In this document: positions 12,213 through 24,235 of the stretch, piece by piece
Position numbering within the stretch: the first letter of the stretch is position 1
How the letters are laid out: every line of letters starts with the position of its first letter
Program-made: the position numbers and the translations under genes
From: Lophium mytilinum
Taxonomy: Eukaryota
Reading direction: 5' to 3'
Length of the DNA stretch: 64,000 nucleotides
NCBI GenBank assembly: GCA_010093605.1
Contig: MU004202.1
Location: forward strand, 73,560-137,559
Notes under the pieces: generated by a model
Database searches by the model: none
The model's input: the letters and a program-made list of their open reading frames with translations, nothing else
Told to the model about the DNA's origin: nothing

Positions 12213-14064
12213 ATGGCAGTGAACGGAACCAAAAGCCACATCCACAAAGGACTGTTCATCAACAACGAGGTACGGATCAATTCTCTCTCATGAACAGGCT
12301 TGCTAAATCTGTGTGCTCCGGAACAGCTTCACTAACATCTCGCAGTATGTTGATGCAAAGAACAAAGAAACAATCACTGTCTCCAACCCCGAAGATGGAT
12401 CGATAGTCGCAGAAGGCATTCAGGTAGCAGGCGAAGCAGATATCGATGCCGCTGTCGAAGCTGCCGAAGCTGCTTACTACAGCGGGCCTTGGTCTACGTG
12501 GACCGCTAAAGAGAGGAGCAAAGTCATGTTAAAGATGGCCGACCTGATTGAGGCCAACGCGAAAGATCTTGCTCCGCTAGAGACACTTGCCATGGGGCAG
12601 CCAGCCTGGGTGGCAGGTTTCATGACTAGCGTGAGCGCGGATGCTTGGAGATGTAAGTAGTATTTTCTTTTGTTGGGTGAGATGTAGTTTGGCTGACATG
12701 TCGCAAGACTATGCAGGATGGACGGATAAACTCCCCGGAGAGCAGTTTCCCGCCGATGATGGCAATTACAAGATCGTACAATACGAGCCGCTTGGTGTTT
12801 GCGCAATGATTGGGGCTTGGAACGGGTCTATGATGTTTCATGCAATGAAGACGTCGGCTGCTGTAGCATCTGGGAATACGGTAGGTTTGGCTTTCAACCT
12901 TCGCTTCGCTTCACAACCTTGACTAACGGGGAACTAAGGCCATCTATAAAGGCTCAGAGAAGTCGCCGCTGGGCGTTTTGGCTATGGGAGCTCTGGCAAA
13001 GGAAGCAGGCTTCCCGCCCGGAGTCATCAACATCGTGACAGGAGCCGGCCCTACAGGAGCTATGCTTGCATCGCACATGAAAATTCGCAAGATCAGTTTC
13101 ACCGGCTCTGTCGGCGCTGGAAAGAAAGTACAGGAGCTAGCCGCGAAGAGCAATCTCAAGCGTGTCACTTTGGAGCTTGGAGGAAAGTCTCCATCCATCA
13201 TTTTCGAAGACGCAGACATGGAGAACGCACTCACGAAGTAGGTCTCCCCATGACTCGAAAGCCTGCCCCATACTAACCTGGCATTGCCCAGTCATTCTCA
13301 GAACTTCCTAATGAACTCAACTCAAGTTTGCATTGGTGAGTGCCTCAAAGACGTTATATCTCAGATTTAAACGCCTTACTGATCCTACCAGCCGCTTCAC
13401 GAACCTTCGTCCACGAATCCATCGCCGAGAAGTTTGTCGAGGGACTGAAAGCGCGCTTCGAAACTCTCGGCGACACCCCCGGCTTTATGGGCCCCCTAGT
13501 TGACAAAGTCCAATTTGACCGCGTCAAAAGCTACCTCGAAATCGGCAAAAAAGAAGCTGAGCTCATCACCGGAGGCTCGCAGAAGGGCAAAGATGGCTTC
13601 TTCATCCAGCCCACTATTTTCTTGAATCCTGCCGAAGACGCGCGGATCTACCGTGAGGAGATCTTCGGGCCCGTCATCACTATCAAGACGTTCAAGACGG
13701 AAGAAGAGGTTTTGAGGATGGCGAATGATACCGAGTATGGTCTGGCCGGTGAGTGATAACTTTCGGGGCGTTGAGGGCGGATTGCTGATCCGAGAACAGC
13801 GTATGTCTTCACGAGTGCAATTAGTCGAGCTTTGCGCGTTGCGGGAAAACTGGAGGCAGGACTAGTGAACATCAATACGTCGAACTCGTTTTCGATGAAC
13901 GTCCCTTTTGGAGGCTACAAGCAGAGTGGGGTCGGCAGGGAGTCTGGTAAGGCGGGTCTTTTGGCGTTCATGGAACCCAAGACTATTATGATTAAGTGAG
14001 TCTCTAAAAAATTACTCTTTGAAAAACAAATCTAAGCTAACCAAATCGTAGTATGAAAATTTGA
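12213..14064 (+). CDS. Aldehyde dehydrogenase (multi-intron)
   Basis: LFINNE, EPLGVCAMIGAWN, KISFTGSVGAG, VTLELGGKSP, NSTQVCIA (catalytic Cys), EEIFGPV and PFGGYKQSGVGRE motifs across about 7 introns; final mini-exon ends MKI*. Confidence 0.93.
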
Positions 14065-14359
14065 GAGGCGGATGCCACTGCAGTGATGTGGCTCCCCCTT
14101 AATTCACGATAGTCAGCAATAACACACATGTTCTGTCCTATTGCTGTGCATATGTCTTGAAGTTCTACGCCGTGTTGTACTACTAGAGCTCCTACGCGTG
14201 CACACATTTGCAGCAAGTAAGGGTGATGTAGCTATACGGAAATTCAGATATTGTACAGCCCGGTGGGAATATGTTTCCCGCCATTGCCTGTGGTGCTTTA
14301 AGGGGATCAACAAAGCATAAAGCGCCTAGCTACGTATCTAGCTTGTTCACACCTCTCTA

Positions 14360-14579
14360 CCACCGCCCAAGGGACTAGGTCTGTCGACTGCTTAAGGTAG
14401 CCTGATAGGCTATTGAATATCTAATTACGATGTAAAGGCCAGAGCAGTGGAAATTAGACTACCTTCTGACGAGGGTGTCGCCTACTGCCTGGGGGACCCC
14501 TCACAGTGGTGTTAGTCGGGCAAGAGTAGCGCGAGAGCAGTGAGATATCCATGTGCCCAAACTTATGGCCTGGAAGCTG
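14360..14579 (-). mobile_element. MITE copy A (~220 bp, one end eroded), subfamily A/C/F
   Basis: Reverse complement (ggccataagtttgggcacatggatatctcactgctctcgcgctactcttgcccgactaacaccactgtgaggggt...) aligns along most of its length with copy C at 19393-19617. Confidence 0.8.
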
Positions 14580-15191
14580 GCTTGCATCGCTCGTTCCGCG
14601 CGCTGACCATCTGTTCTAAAGGCATGGACAGAAGTTCTTCGTAACGTTCGGGTGTTTTGCACAGCTCGTCTCCAAGCGGGATAGATGGAAAGCTAAGCCC
14701 CATACAGAAGGTCCATCCGACGACCACCATCATTCCGTCTGACCTCCATCGACGACTTCCCCTCCTTTCTATGACCAACCAGTTCATATCGACCAGATTG
14801 CGAGTTGCCGAGCTTGCCATGAAGCCAGTTGCCGTTATTGGACTTTTCCAAACCTTGCAAGACCTGCTCTCGAGGGTAGAAGGTCCATGCGAAATCACTC
14901 AACGCGCCTTGACGCTCTCCTTGCTTCCGCCTTCATTCTATGCAGCCCTTTCGCTTTAGCCACTCCATAACAGTCTTATCATGATAGCAAGTCACAGTGC
15001 CACAGTGGGGGCCTTTCTGTAGGCTGCCGAGTCTGTCTTGCTCACGCCCTAACATGGACTAATATTCATCGGACACACATTAGCGCAAAAGCAATTAGCT
15101 GATCGATTCATATAATAAATCCGAACGCCCCCAAATTGAACTTTCATCTCTGAATATAGTTCTCCATAACCCAGGAAACCGACATCCAACC

Positions 15192-17271
15192 ATGGCGCCA
15201 CATCCCTTCAGCACGTTGTCGATAGAGGAGACTCGTAGCGCACGAGATGTCATCCTTGCCTCCCACACTGGTGCTGTCGTTGACTTCCGCGAAATATTCC
15301 TCCAAGAACCAGCAAAAGAAGAAGTCAAGAAGTACTTGAACCTGGAGCACTCAGCCCGCCTATCGCCAACCTCACCTCGCCCACCTCGCCTTGCAAAATG
15401 TCAGTACGACATCATTGGCAGCGATAGGGTGCCAGAGTACCACGAGTCCATCGTCGACGTTGAGTCTAAGAAAAGAGTGAAGCATGAAGTCATCGGGAAA
15501 GAGCATCAAGCAGGTCTGACGCTTTGGGAATTCGATACCCTGGTCAAAACCTGCAAGGCCTCGCCACTATTTCAGGAAGCCGTTGCCGAACTGAAGCTGC
15601 CGGAAGGTTTCGAGCTTGTGGTGGAACCATGGCCGTATGGTGGGATGGATCTTGAGCACGAAAACAAGCGTTACTTTCAAGGACTGTGCTTTGCCCAGGA
15701 CACCAGGTCGAAGAATGCGGATTCGAATTTCTACGCCTATCCTCTGCCACTAATCCCAATCATGGATGCTCACAAGAAAGAAATCGTTCGAATCGACAAA
15801 CTTGCCACAGGCGGGAAGGGTGATGGCCTTTCAGAGAAAACGCACGCGGAGAGAATCATTGACCATTGCCAGACATCAGATTACGTACCGGAGCTTCTGG
15901 AAAATGGAACTCGAAAAGATCTCAAAGTTCTAAACGTGCTTCAACCAGATGGGCCATCTTTCAAAGTCACGAATGAGAATTTGATAGAATGGCAGAAATG
16001 GAGATTCAGGGTTTCTTTCAATCCGCGCGAGGGAGCCGTCATCCACGATGTCCACTACGACGGGAGGAGTATTCTCTACCGGCTAAGCATCAGTGAGATG
16101 ACCGTTCCATACGCCGACCCTCGACCTCCGTTCCACCGGAAGCAAGCATTCGACTTCGGAGACGGCGGAGCAGGAAACTGCGCGAACAACCTTTCACTTG
16201 GCTGTGATTGTCTCGGTGTCATCAAGTATTTTGATGGCGTAGTGATCAGCTCCGATGGAGAACCAGAGAACCATCCAAACGTCATTTGTCTCCACGAGCA
16301 GGACAACGGGATTGGATGGAAACATACTAACTGGAGAACCGGACGTGCAGTCGTGACTCGTAATCGCGAGCTCGTCGTCCAGTTCATCATTACTCTGGCC
16401 AACTACGAATACGTCTTTGCGTACAAGTTTGACCAAGCTGGAGGCATCACAATCGAAACTCGAGCCACCGGCATTGTTAGCGTTGTCAACATCGACCCGG
16501 GAAAGACCAGCAACTACGGAAACGTCGTCTCTGGAGGTGTACTTGCTCAGAACCACCAACACATCTTCTGTGCGCGCATTGATCCCGCTATCGATGGCCA
16601 CAACAATACGGTCTTGCACGAAGAATCGCACACCATGCCATGGGATCAAGCCACAAACCCGCACGGAAACCTCTATGAAGTACGCAAGACGACCGTCCAT
16701 CGTTCTGCTGGACTTGACGCCGCCCCACAACACAACCGCACCTTCAAAATTATCAATCCGAACAAAACAAACCCTGTCAGCGGAAATCCTGTCGGCTACA
16801 AGTTCGTCCCACCACCAACGCAAAAGCTTCTCGCATCCCCGGGTTCCATCCAGGCCCAAAGAGCGCTCTTCACGCAACACCACGTCTGGGTAACCAAGTA
16901 CAAAGACAATGAGCTCTACGCTGGAGGGCGGTTCACGCTGCAGAGCCAGCTCGAGGTCGATGGAGTGTCAGACGCGGCGAAGAGGAACGATCCGGTGACG
17001 AATGGGGATGTGGTTATCTGGAGTGTGTTTGGGCTTACGCATAATCCGAGAGTTGAGGACTGGCCTGTGATGTGAGTTCTTCTATATGAAAATGTCTACA
17101 ACGCCAATGCTAATCTTCATGTGCTTCAGGCCCGCCGATATCTTCCAGGTAAATCTCCGGCCATCAGACTTCTTTACGGCGAATCCGTCTATCGATGTGC
17201 CCTCCACCAAGAATCTGTCATCCCAGCTCGTGACGAATGATTCCTGCTGTGCGGAGCCAGGGAAGCTGTGA
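15192..17271 (+). CDS. Copper-containing (TPQ) amine oxidase; one intron near the 3' end (17072-17129)
   Basis: TLANYEY (TPQ precursor), NHQH and THNPRVEDWPVM Cu ligands, AFDFGD active-site Asp; last exon ends ...CCAEPGKL*. Confidence 0.95.
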
Positions 17272-17342
17272 GCTTGGGATGGGCGAGCCCAAGTGCAAGA
17301 AATCTCAGTAGACATGTGTAACTTCTCATTTCTAGGGTTCTA

Positions 17343-17568
17343 CAGTGATGGGCCACAAGTCTGGGCACACTAGCTCGATCCTGCTTGGGGTTTCCCACAG
17401 GATTTCGAAGATCCAAGGGTGATATCGAGGTTCAAAGAGTGTAAATTGGACTACCTCTTGGCTAATTAGCGGCTCAGCAGCCAGGCTACCCCGAACAGTC
17501 TTGGGGAATAAGCAAGTTGGAGCCAAGGTGTAATGAATCTATGTGCCCAGACTTATAGCTTGGTACTG
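17343..17568 (-). mobile_element. MITE copy B (226 bp), subfamily B/D/E
   Basis: TA|cagtgatgggccacaagtctgggcacac ... atgtgcccagacttatagcttggtactg|AA. ~28-bp imperfect TIRs; reverse complement aligns with copies D and E (cttggctccaacttgct, ctgttcggggtagcct). Confidence 0.88.
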
Positions 17569-17766
17569 AACACTTATTGTCTGTATATATATGTTTTATA
17601 GCATTACCTTTTGTGCTCCGACCAATTTGGAACGAGCTTACCTAAGCGGCTCATTATTATTAGGCTTCCATGCTTCCAGCTTTCATCTCACCACCTCTAC
17701 CACAAATCCCTACTCTACAAGTTAGCGCGCTTTACTCTTTTACACACAGAACTTTTGAGCAACCCG

Positions 17767-19260
17767 ATGGCCCGCAGTGGCGATGCCTTAAACTCAATAG
17801 ATGGTTCATCAGCGCTGGTCATGGCAACGCCGGTGTTTGAGCTCCCGAACGAGCTTATGCTTGAGATCTTCGATGAGGTCCGTAGAACATCAACTACGCC
17901 AAACAGCGACCTCTTGTCTTGTATGCGCTGCTGCCACGATTGGAACGACCTTATCATCAATATTCTCTATGAGCACGTTTCCTTGCTCTATAGGCTTAAG
18001 GCCGTCTCAGCGGTTCCTCTCTTCCTCAAATCCAGCAAATACGACCAAACTACTTCTCTCAATCTGACCATACATCCCACTTTGCTCAGCGGGTTCCGCA
18101 TTGAACACAAAAATGCTTTTAAGTCCTTGGATGGCCTCCTCAACGTCCTTCCTGGTATGAAGCGGCTCGAGACATTTTCCCTTACGATGGACTCCGAGCT
18201 AGACAGAACCCAGTTTCAACATATTCCAGGTTCCGTAATTTCAAAGCTTGTCTTAGCCCTCCCAGCCTCGGTCGTCAATCTGGAACTCGATTCTAGAGGC
18301 GCTGAGGCGAACCGTCATGGAAGCGGCTCCGCCCAGACCACGAGCCATGACATCTGCGACGCTGTAGCTCAGCTTTTTCCTCGCCTACATACGCTTGCCC
18401 TCGGCCTGGATCATATTTGCGAGATGATCTTGGGCGCATTCAACGACGCGATTGGCGGCACAGAAACGTCTGGGAAGCCTATAAAGACATCCAATCAAAC
18501 CACTATATTTCCTCTCCGCCATGCCCTCCTTTACCCATACCGCAACTATCCTTCCGGCACTCCCCCTCCCAGATCGTACTGCCCCGCCGATGTCTTGGCT
18601 AAAAAAGCCTCTTCTTTCTGTCATCTACACCAGTTTCCCCATCTCCAGTCCTTCATCGTTATTCAGCGTCAGCTGGCAGAGTATACGCCCCATCCCGACC
18701 GTGACCTATTCTGGCACATGTGGATTATTCGAAACCTCATAAGCAACACCACCTCTCTAATTCCGTACAACGAAGTCAACGTGACTGGGTGCAATCCGCT
18801 TTTCACGGTGCGAGATACTAGTGGTAATGATCACCTACTCAGTCGTTCTGATCTACACACCGCGATGGCAGGAGGACAGTGCCCTTGGACGACGGGCCAC
18901 AGTGGCGTGAGAGTGCCGCCTGAGTTTGGAAATACTGCTCAGCGAGCGAAAATTGGGGTCGAAGCCCGAGTTCCTCACGGAGCCATTAGGAGAATCTCTG
19001 ACCTAGACCTTGGCAACGGGAAGAAGATCAGGCTGCGAGCTGCCCTGGATAGGGAAACCGCGGAAGCTGAAGTTGGTGCCTCGATGGGAACGTGGGAGTG
19101 GGAGGCTACTACAAGATGTCCACTTCTGAAGGCCCATTGTACGCCCGGACTTATGGATAAGGTTCGATGCCTCGCTGTCACACTGCCACCAGGATGGGAG
19201 TGGCAATGGGACCAGCATGCAGATGATGGACCAAAGCGAAAGCCAGTATTCACGGGCTAA
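17767..19260 (+). CDS. F-box protein with degenerate LRR-like region (paralog 1); alternative start at 17821
   Basis: FELPNELMLEIFDEV...DLLSCMRCCHDWNDLIINILYEHV F-box motif; intronless; colinear with 21509-22882. Confidence 0.8.
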   Translation: MARSGDALNSIDGSSALVMATPVFELPNELMLEIFDEVRRTSTTPNSDLLSCMRCCHDWNDLIINILYEHVSLLYRLKAVSAVPLFLKSSKYDQTTSLNLTIHPTLLSGFRIEHKNAFKSLDGLLNVLPGMKRLETFSLTMDSELDRTQFQHIPGSVISKLVLALPASVVNLELDSRGAEANRHGSGSAQTTSHDICDAVAQLFPRLHTLALGLDHICEMILGAFNDAIGGTETSGKPIKTSNQTTIFPLRHALLYPYRNYPSGTPPPRSYCPADVLAKKASSFCHLHQFPHLQSFIVIQRQLAEYTPHPDRDLFWHMWIIRNLISNTTSLIPYNEVNVTGCNPLFTVRDTSGNDHLLSRSDLHTAMAGGQCPWTTGHSGVRVPPEFGNTAQRAKIGVEARVPHGAIRRISDLDLGNGKKIRLRAALDRETAEAEVGASMGTWEWEATTRCPLLKAHCTPGLMDKVRCLAVTLPPGWEWQWDQHADDGPKRKPVFTG

Positions 19261-19392
19261 TGAGGCCAGATAACGCTTATGGAGGTATTCTGCGAGTTCG
19301 TACACTGTCTAAGACCACAAGTGTACATTGTTTCTAGATTCTTAAGAGTGTGTTGAGGTTTCTTCCGATTTTACCCACCTCATGTCTTGGTA

Positions 19393-19617
19393 CAGTACCA
19401 AGCCATAACTTTGGGCACGTGGATATCTCACAGCTCTGGCTTTACTCTTGCCCGACTGACACCACTGTGAGGGGTGCCCTAGGTAGCACGTGACACTTTT
19501 GCTAGAAGGTTATCTGGTTTCCACTGCCTTGGCCTTTACATCATATTAAGGATTTAACAACCTATCAGACTACCCCAGGCAGTCGCAAGAGGTGCCCAAA
19601 CCTATGTCTTGCTACTA
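19393..19617 (+). mobile_element. MITE copy C (225 bp), subfamily A/C/F
   Basis: TA|cagtaccaagccataactttgggcacgt ... ggtgcccaaacctatgtcttgctacta|TA; TIRs and TA target duplication. Confidence 0.88.
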
Positions 19618-19877
19618 TAGTATCTAATTCTCATTACTTTGAGCTTTATATCACGTTCAAAGCCTATCGGCTACTACAAGCAGTGGCAAAGAGCTCTAAT
19701 ACTTATGTCTTAGTGGTGTATATCTGCTACAAGGTCATGTGGAAGAGTTGCTCTTTGGACATGTTTTCGCATGCTCTCTTCCCTCTGAGCCCTCTTCTTC
19801 CTCTGTAAGCTCGCCCACCACGGCGGCCTACGGCCCTTCGGACGAGTAAGAAATTCTTCAATCTTTGTGAAACCATA

Positions 19878-20558
19878 CTAGTCGTTCTCACGCTGTGCAA
19901 GCTTGCAATCCTCGTTCGTCCAATCCTGAGTACCTGCTTTAATCCCGAGCTTGTCCCCTTCGAATGCGCATGAATCAAAGTCCCCGACAACAAAGGTTGA
20001 TTCGTCCAAGAAGATATTGTGCGGTTTGATATCGCAATGGATGATGCCTAAGCTGTGAAGATGCTCGATGCCGGCTTTGATATCACTCAAACACTTGGGT
20101 AGATCGAGTGCTTCGTCAGCTTCGACCAGCTCATCCAAGGTTTGGCTGTACTTTTTGAAGCATAGGCCAACGATCGAACCGCTCTCGTCGATGTGACAGC
20201 CGAAATATCTGGCGACGTTGGGATGCGGTGACCTCCTTGTTCTCTCGCACATTTGCGCTTCATGCATGATGAGATTGCTGACATCCGTTAAGCCTGGGCA
20301 ATCGCCGTATTCGAATATGTTCGGGCTTTTAATGTAGACATCGACGGAAAGTGAGTTGGGAGCCTGAGTAGGAAGCATGGGGTAGATGTGCTCCAGAGGA
20401 ATTGGAGTTGTCTCAAGGTTTGAAGTATCGATCTCTTCTTTTCTTTCAATTCGCGGTTCGACCGTGGCAACGAAAAATTGTCTATTGCGCTGCAAGAGAA
20501 CCTTGGCATGGGAGTAATCGAAGCCATCGTCCTTCATATTCCACATTCCGCTAAACAT
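19878..20558 (-). CDS. Small atypical Ser/Thr kinase-like protein, probably truncated or pseudogenising
   Basis: VYIKSP, HEAQMCE, HPNVARYFGC, HLHSLGIIHCDIKPHNIF and GDFDSC motifs, no Gly-rich loop. Protein-like sequence continues past the TAG (END*YGFTKIEEFL). Confidence 0.75.
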   Translation of the reverse strand: MFSGMWNMKDDGFDYSHAKVLLQRNRQFFVATVEPRIERKEEIDTSNLETTPIPLEHIYPMLPTQAPNSLSVDVYIKSPNIFEYGDCPGLTDVSNLIMHEAQMCERTRRSPHPNVARYFGCHIDESGSIVGLCFKKYSQTLDELVEADEALDLPKCLSDIKAGIEHLHSLGIIHCDIKPHNIFLDESTFVVGDFDSCAFEGDKLGIKAGTQDWTNEDCKLAQREND

Positions 20559-21022
20559 CACAACCTCAAGATCCTTCTACGATCAGTGCTCTGTCTATTG
20601 AGATAACATCAAGGGTCGCTACCTTTTCGTCAGAATCGACTCCATCTTTACTGAATCTTTATTCACATGGTCCAAGCTATCATCGGTTGGCTTCTGGTTT
20701 GCGATAGGCTGAGCCTGAGTAACTCCGTCTTTCGCCGATTCTTTGTTCGTAGCCGCCGAAGATGTCTCGGTCGTCCTCTGCTTTTTCGGAGACTGCTCGT
20801 CAGATAGCCCATCCAACTGTAATTGTCTCTTGGGTGCGCTTCTCTCGGGGGTAGTCAAATCGCTCATTATTGCTTCGAACGCAGCGTTATTCCCTAAATG
20901 ATGAGCGATGTTAAGTTTGACTGTTAGAAGTTCCCTAATTCCACAGAGTCTTTCAATCTCCAAAGGCGGCCATGACAAAGGATGTCGAGCGCTAGAGCTT
21001 CTTCCGGCCAGCTTAGGTCGTA

Positions 21023-21250
21023 CAGTACTAGTCCATAAGTCTGGGCACACGAACTGTCACTGTTTGGCTGCAATGTTGCTCACTTGACACCACTGTAGGG
21101 GGTAACCTGATTGCTGAGCAGCTGACTAGTCAAGAAGCAGTCTGATATTCATTGCTTGGAACTTGACATCGCCCTCTCGAATCATTGAGATCTTGTCGGG
21201 GTACACAAGCAGTGGTGAACCAGGGTGCCCAGACTTATGGCTTGTCACTG
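21023..21250 (+). mobile_element. MITE copy D (228 bp), subfamily B/D/E
   Basis: TA|cagtactagtccataagtctgggcacac ... ggtgcccagacttatggcttgtcactg|TA; intact TIRs and TA duplication. Confidence 0.92.
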
Positions 21251-21508
21251 TACGCTGGGTCACCGTCCACATTTCATTGTAGCCACACAGACTAGTGCCT
21301 CGGCACCCTTAGCATACCTACTTTGATGACACTATAATCCAAATCCAACCTATGATTCAAGTGGATTTATGGACTTGAATATTAGTCATGTGCTGGATTC
21401 GTACCGTACCTAACGGGCATAGACTCGATTCTTAGCGTCTAGCTGTAGGCGCTACCACCCAACCCCTCAACTTTTGACATCGCCTTCCATCCACCCAGGT
21501 GCGGCGCT

Positions 21509-22882
21509 ATGGCGAGCCCACTAGCACAGCTCCCGAACGAGCTTTTGCTAGACATCTTCGAAAAGCTTTTAAGTGTCCGCCGCGACCTGGTCTCGTGTTT
21601 GCGCTGCTGCCGTCGTTGGCACAACATCGTCGTAGACATCCTATACACACATGTCTATCTAGCTTATCGCCGACGAGGGACCTCATCCCTTCCACGCTTT
21701 GTAACCCAAGCCACCAGAATGCAGCAGGTTGTGTCACTCACCCTCGACGTCTGTCCCACTCTATTTAGCAAAGAGCGCACATCCCCCTTCAAGGGAGACA
21801 AACTCTTCAGCTTTCTTCCCCAGATGACAGTTCTGCGGACCTTCTCCCTTACGATTTCTGTTTCAAAATTCTCCAAAAAGCTGTACTACGTACATACGCC
21901 TAGTGCAATACTCTCTAAGATCGTTCTGGCCCTCCCGGATACCGTCGTGAACTTAGAGCTTCGTTCCTACACATGGGATGGGCGCAAAGACTACCGCGAC
22001 AGTGTCGATCAAAGAGTTGATGATCATAGTCTTTGCATTGCCTTGAGAGTACTGCTGCCACGCCTACGTACGCTCCGTTTGTGTGTATCCCACATCTGCG
22101 CCAAATTCCTGGCCGCACCCGGCAGCGGTGCGAACATATCATACCCGCTACGCCAAGTCACTCTCCATCCCGAGGAAAAGATGTGGTCGGAAAAGTGGGA
22201 TGACGACAACATCCGTCAAATGGCATACTTCTACCAATCGAAGGTTTTCCCGCATCTACAGTCTTTCAATATAATCACCCATAAGTCCCCATGGTCCTCG
22301 GAGATTACTTGGAACACATGGGTCATCCGTGACATTGTGTCTCATACCACATCACTCGTCCCGTACAAATGCCCAGTCAAGACCAAAGACGAGGACTTGG
22401 AACTGTGGGTCCTGCGTGATACTTCTGGTAAAGATCATATGTTCCGTAATCGGTATCGGGCGCACGACGCAGTGGAAGAGGGGCTTTCGACATGGGTTTC
22501 AGGCCACTACTTTGTGAGATTACCTCGTGGCGAAAAGACAGACGAAGAGCGACGGAAGCTGGGACTAAAAGACGCAATTGAGAAGACCAGCAGCGTTGAG
22601 TTTGGGAGACATATTATCCAGCTGCCACAAAGCGGTTCGCTGGATAGGCAGACTGCGGTGGACAAATATGGAGCTCATATGCATCTTTGGAAATGGGAAT
22701 CTGCAACAAACTGCACCCTCATGAGAGCACATTGTCATAACGGGTTCCTGCTTGGGACAGATTTGGTCGCATTGGAAGTCACTTTACCCCCAGGCTGGGG
22801 GTGGTCTCACGACATTGATGTAGAAATCGAGGACCAATACGATTTTGACAATGCTCTCATCCCAGTCTATAAGGGCATATAA
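21509..22882 (+). CDS. F-box protein (paralog 2)
   Basis: AQLPNELLLDIFEKL...DLVSCLRCCRRWHNIVVDILYTHV. Shares VLALPxxVVNLEL, FPHLQSF, TTSLxPY, RDTSGxDH, LDRxTA and VTLPPGW blocks with paralog 1. Confidence 0.82.
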   Translation: MASPLAQLPNELLLDIFEKLLSVRRDLVSCLRCCRRWHNIVVDILYTHVYLAYRRRGTSSLPRFVTQATRMQQVVSLTLDVCPTLFSKERTSPFKGDKLFSFLPQMTVLRTFSLTISVSKFSKKLYYVHTPSAILSKIVLALPDTVVNLELRSYTWDGRKDYRDSVDQRVDDHSLCIALRVLLPRLRTLRLCVSHICAKFLAAPGSGANISYPLRQVTLHPEEKMWSEKWDDDNIRQMAYFYQSKVFPHLQSFNIITHKSPWSSEITWNTWVIRDIVSHTTSLVPYKCPVKTKDEDLELWVLRDTSGKDHMFRNRYRAHDAVEEGLSTWVSGHYFVRLPRGEKTDEERRKLGLKDAIEKTSSVEFGRHIIQLPQSGSLDRQTAVDKYGAHMHLWKWESATNCTLMRAHCHNGFLLGTDLVALEVTLPPGWGWSHDIDVEIEDQYDFDNALIPVYKGI

Positions 22883-23144
22883 GGGGCATACAAGCTCGGA
22901 TGTATCATGAAGTGCAAACTGGGTAGTCTACTTATGAGTTGTCTCTTGTCTCTTTCCAAGCTGTCGCAAAGGTAAGTAACCAGTCTATCCTCGACAAAAA
23001 CAGACTCATCTCTCATCCAGAAGTTCTAAATGGTCTATGAACAAGACAGTGGGAAAGGATTATGCATAGGAGAAGTTTAGCCAAAACGCAGTATGTGAAA
23101 CATTTGTAGGAAAAGCAAACATCGTCAAAGACTATCCCTCGCAC

Positions 23145-24235
23145 CTATATTCCCTTGCCTGCTCCAGTAATACGCTCGAACTCCCCCTCCGTGTGCTTCC
23201 AGACCTCCTCCACCAACCCTTTCTCCCTCATCCCAGCCAACAGCTCAACCACCGGTGGGCCTGAGCTCTCACAGTCCCACCCCACCGAGTACACTCCGCT
23301 TCCCACCTCCCCCGTACTACCTACTGCCACCTCAGCCCCCTCTTCTATTCCAGCCTCTCCTTTGGCGCCTCTGGCTGGCGGATACCTCGCACTTGTCGCC
23401 ATATACAACTGCCTCTCCCCGCTCTCTTCAATAGGCACACAGACCCACCTCCCAAGCAACGTCACATAAGTCCGAATGAGGAACCCAGACACGCCAACCA
23501 TATGATTCAGTAGCGGCGTCTTTACAGTGCCCGGATAATCATGCACGAAGGTTACCTCGGGCGCCATCTTAGCAATGGCCTCGAGGCCTAAGGTGGCGAG
23601 CGAAATGATGTGCCCTCGGATTTGCAGCAGAGGAACGCGTAAGGCCTGAAAGTCGGTAGCGTCGACAGGCCCCTCTCTGCCTCCGCCAGCAACGTAAACA
23701 ACGCGACGGAGAGGAGAGGGCGAGTACCTGAAGAGCGGTAGGAGATTGACGATGAAGCGGAGTCGAGAATAATATTGTACTGCAACCAAAAGATGAAGAT
23801 TCTCGGACGTCACTACACCACGCGGCAGTCAGAAGTCCTTAGTTCTATCTCAGCATCTTTCATGTCGAGAGGACACTTACAACTTCGATCCATTGACGGC
23901 ACCCCCGCGCTTAGCACCATTACATTGATCATCTTCTCCTTCGCTTTGATGTCCTTACACACCACATCGACATTACGCATTAAGCTCACATCTGCTTTGA
24001 TGAAGATGAACTCGCCGACTGGGTTGATGGATCTGCACTCGGCAAGGATGCGGTCGGCGGCGGTTTGAGAGCGGCCGACGAAGTAGGCGCGTGGTTTTAC
24101 GGCGTGTTTTGCGAAGGCTAGGAGGGTGGCTTCGCCAATACCGCTGGTAGCGCCGACGAAGAGAGCGATGAGCTTGGGAGGGAGAGTAGAGGGGATGAGA
24201 GAGTTGGAGCGTAGGACTGCAGGGAGGGAGACCAT
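23145..24235 (-). CDS. Short-chain dehydrogenase/reductase (intron 23880-23813)
   Basis: ALFVGATSGIGE Rossmann motif, FIKADVSLM, VLSAG, YYSRLRF, FVHDYPGTVKT and ESGERQLY; typical fungal atypical SDR. Confidence 0.9.
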
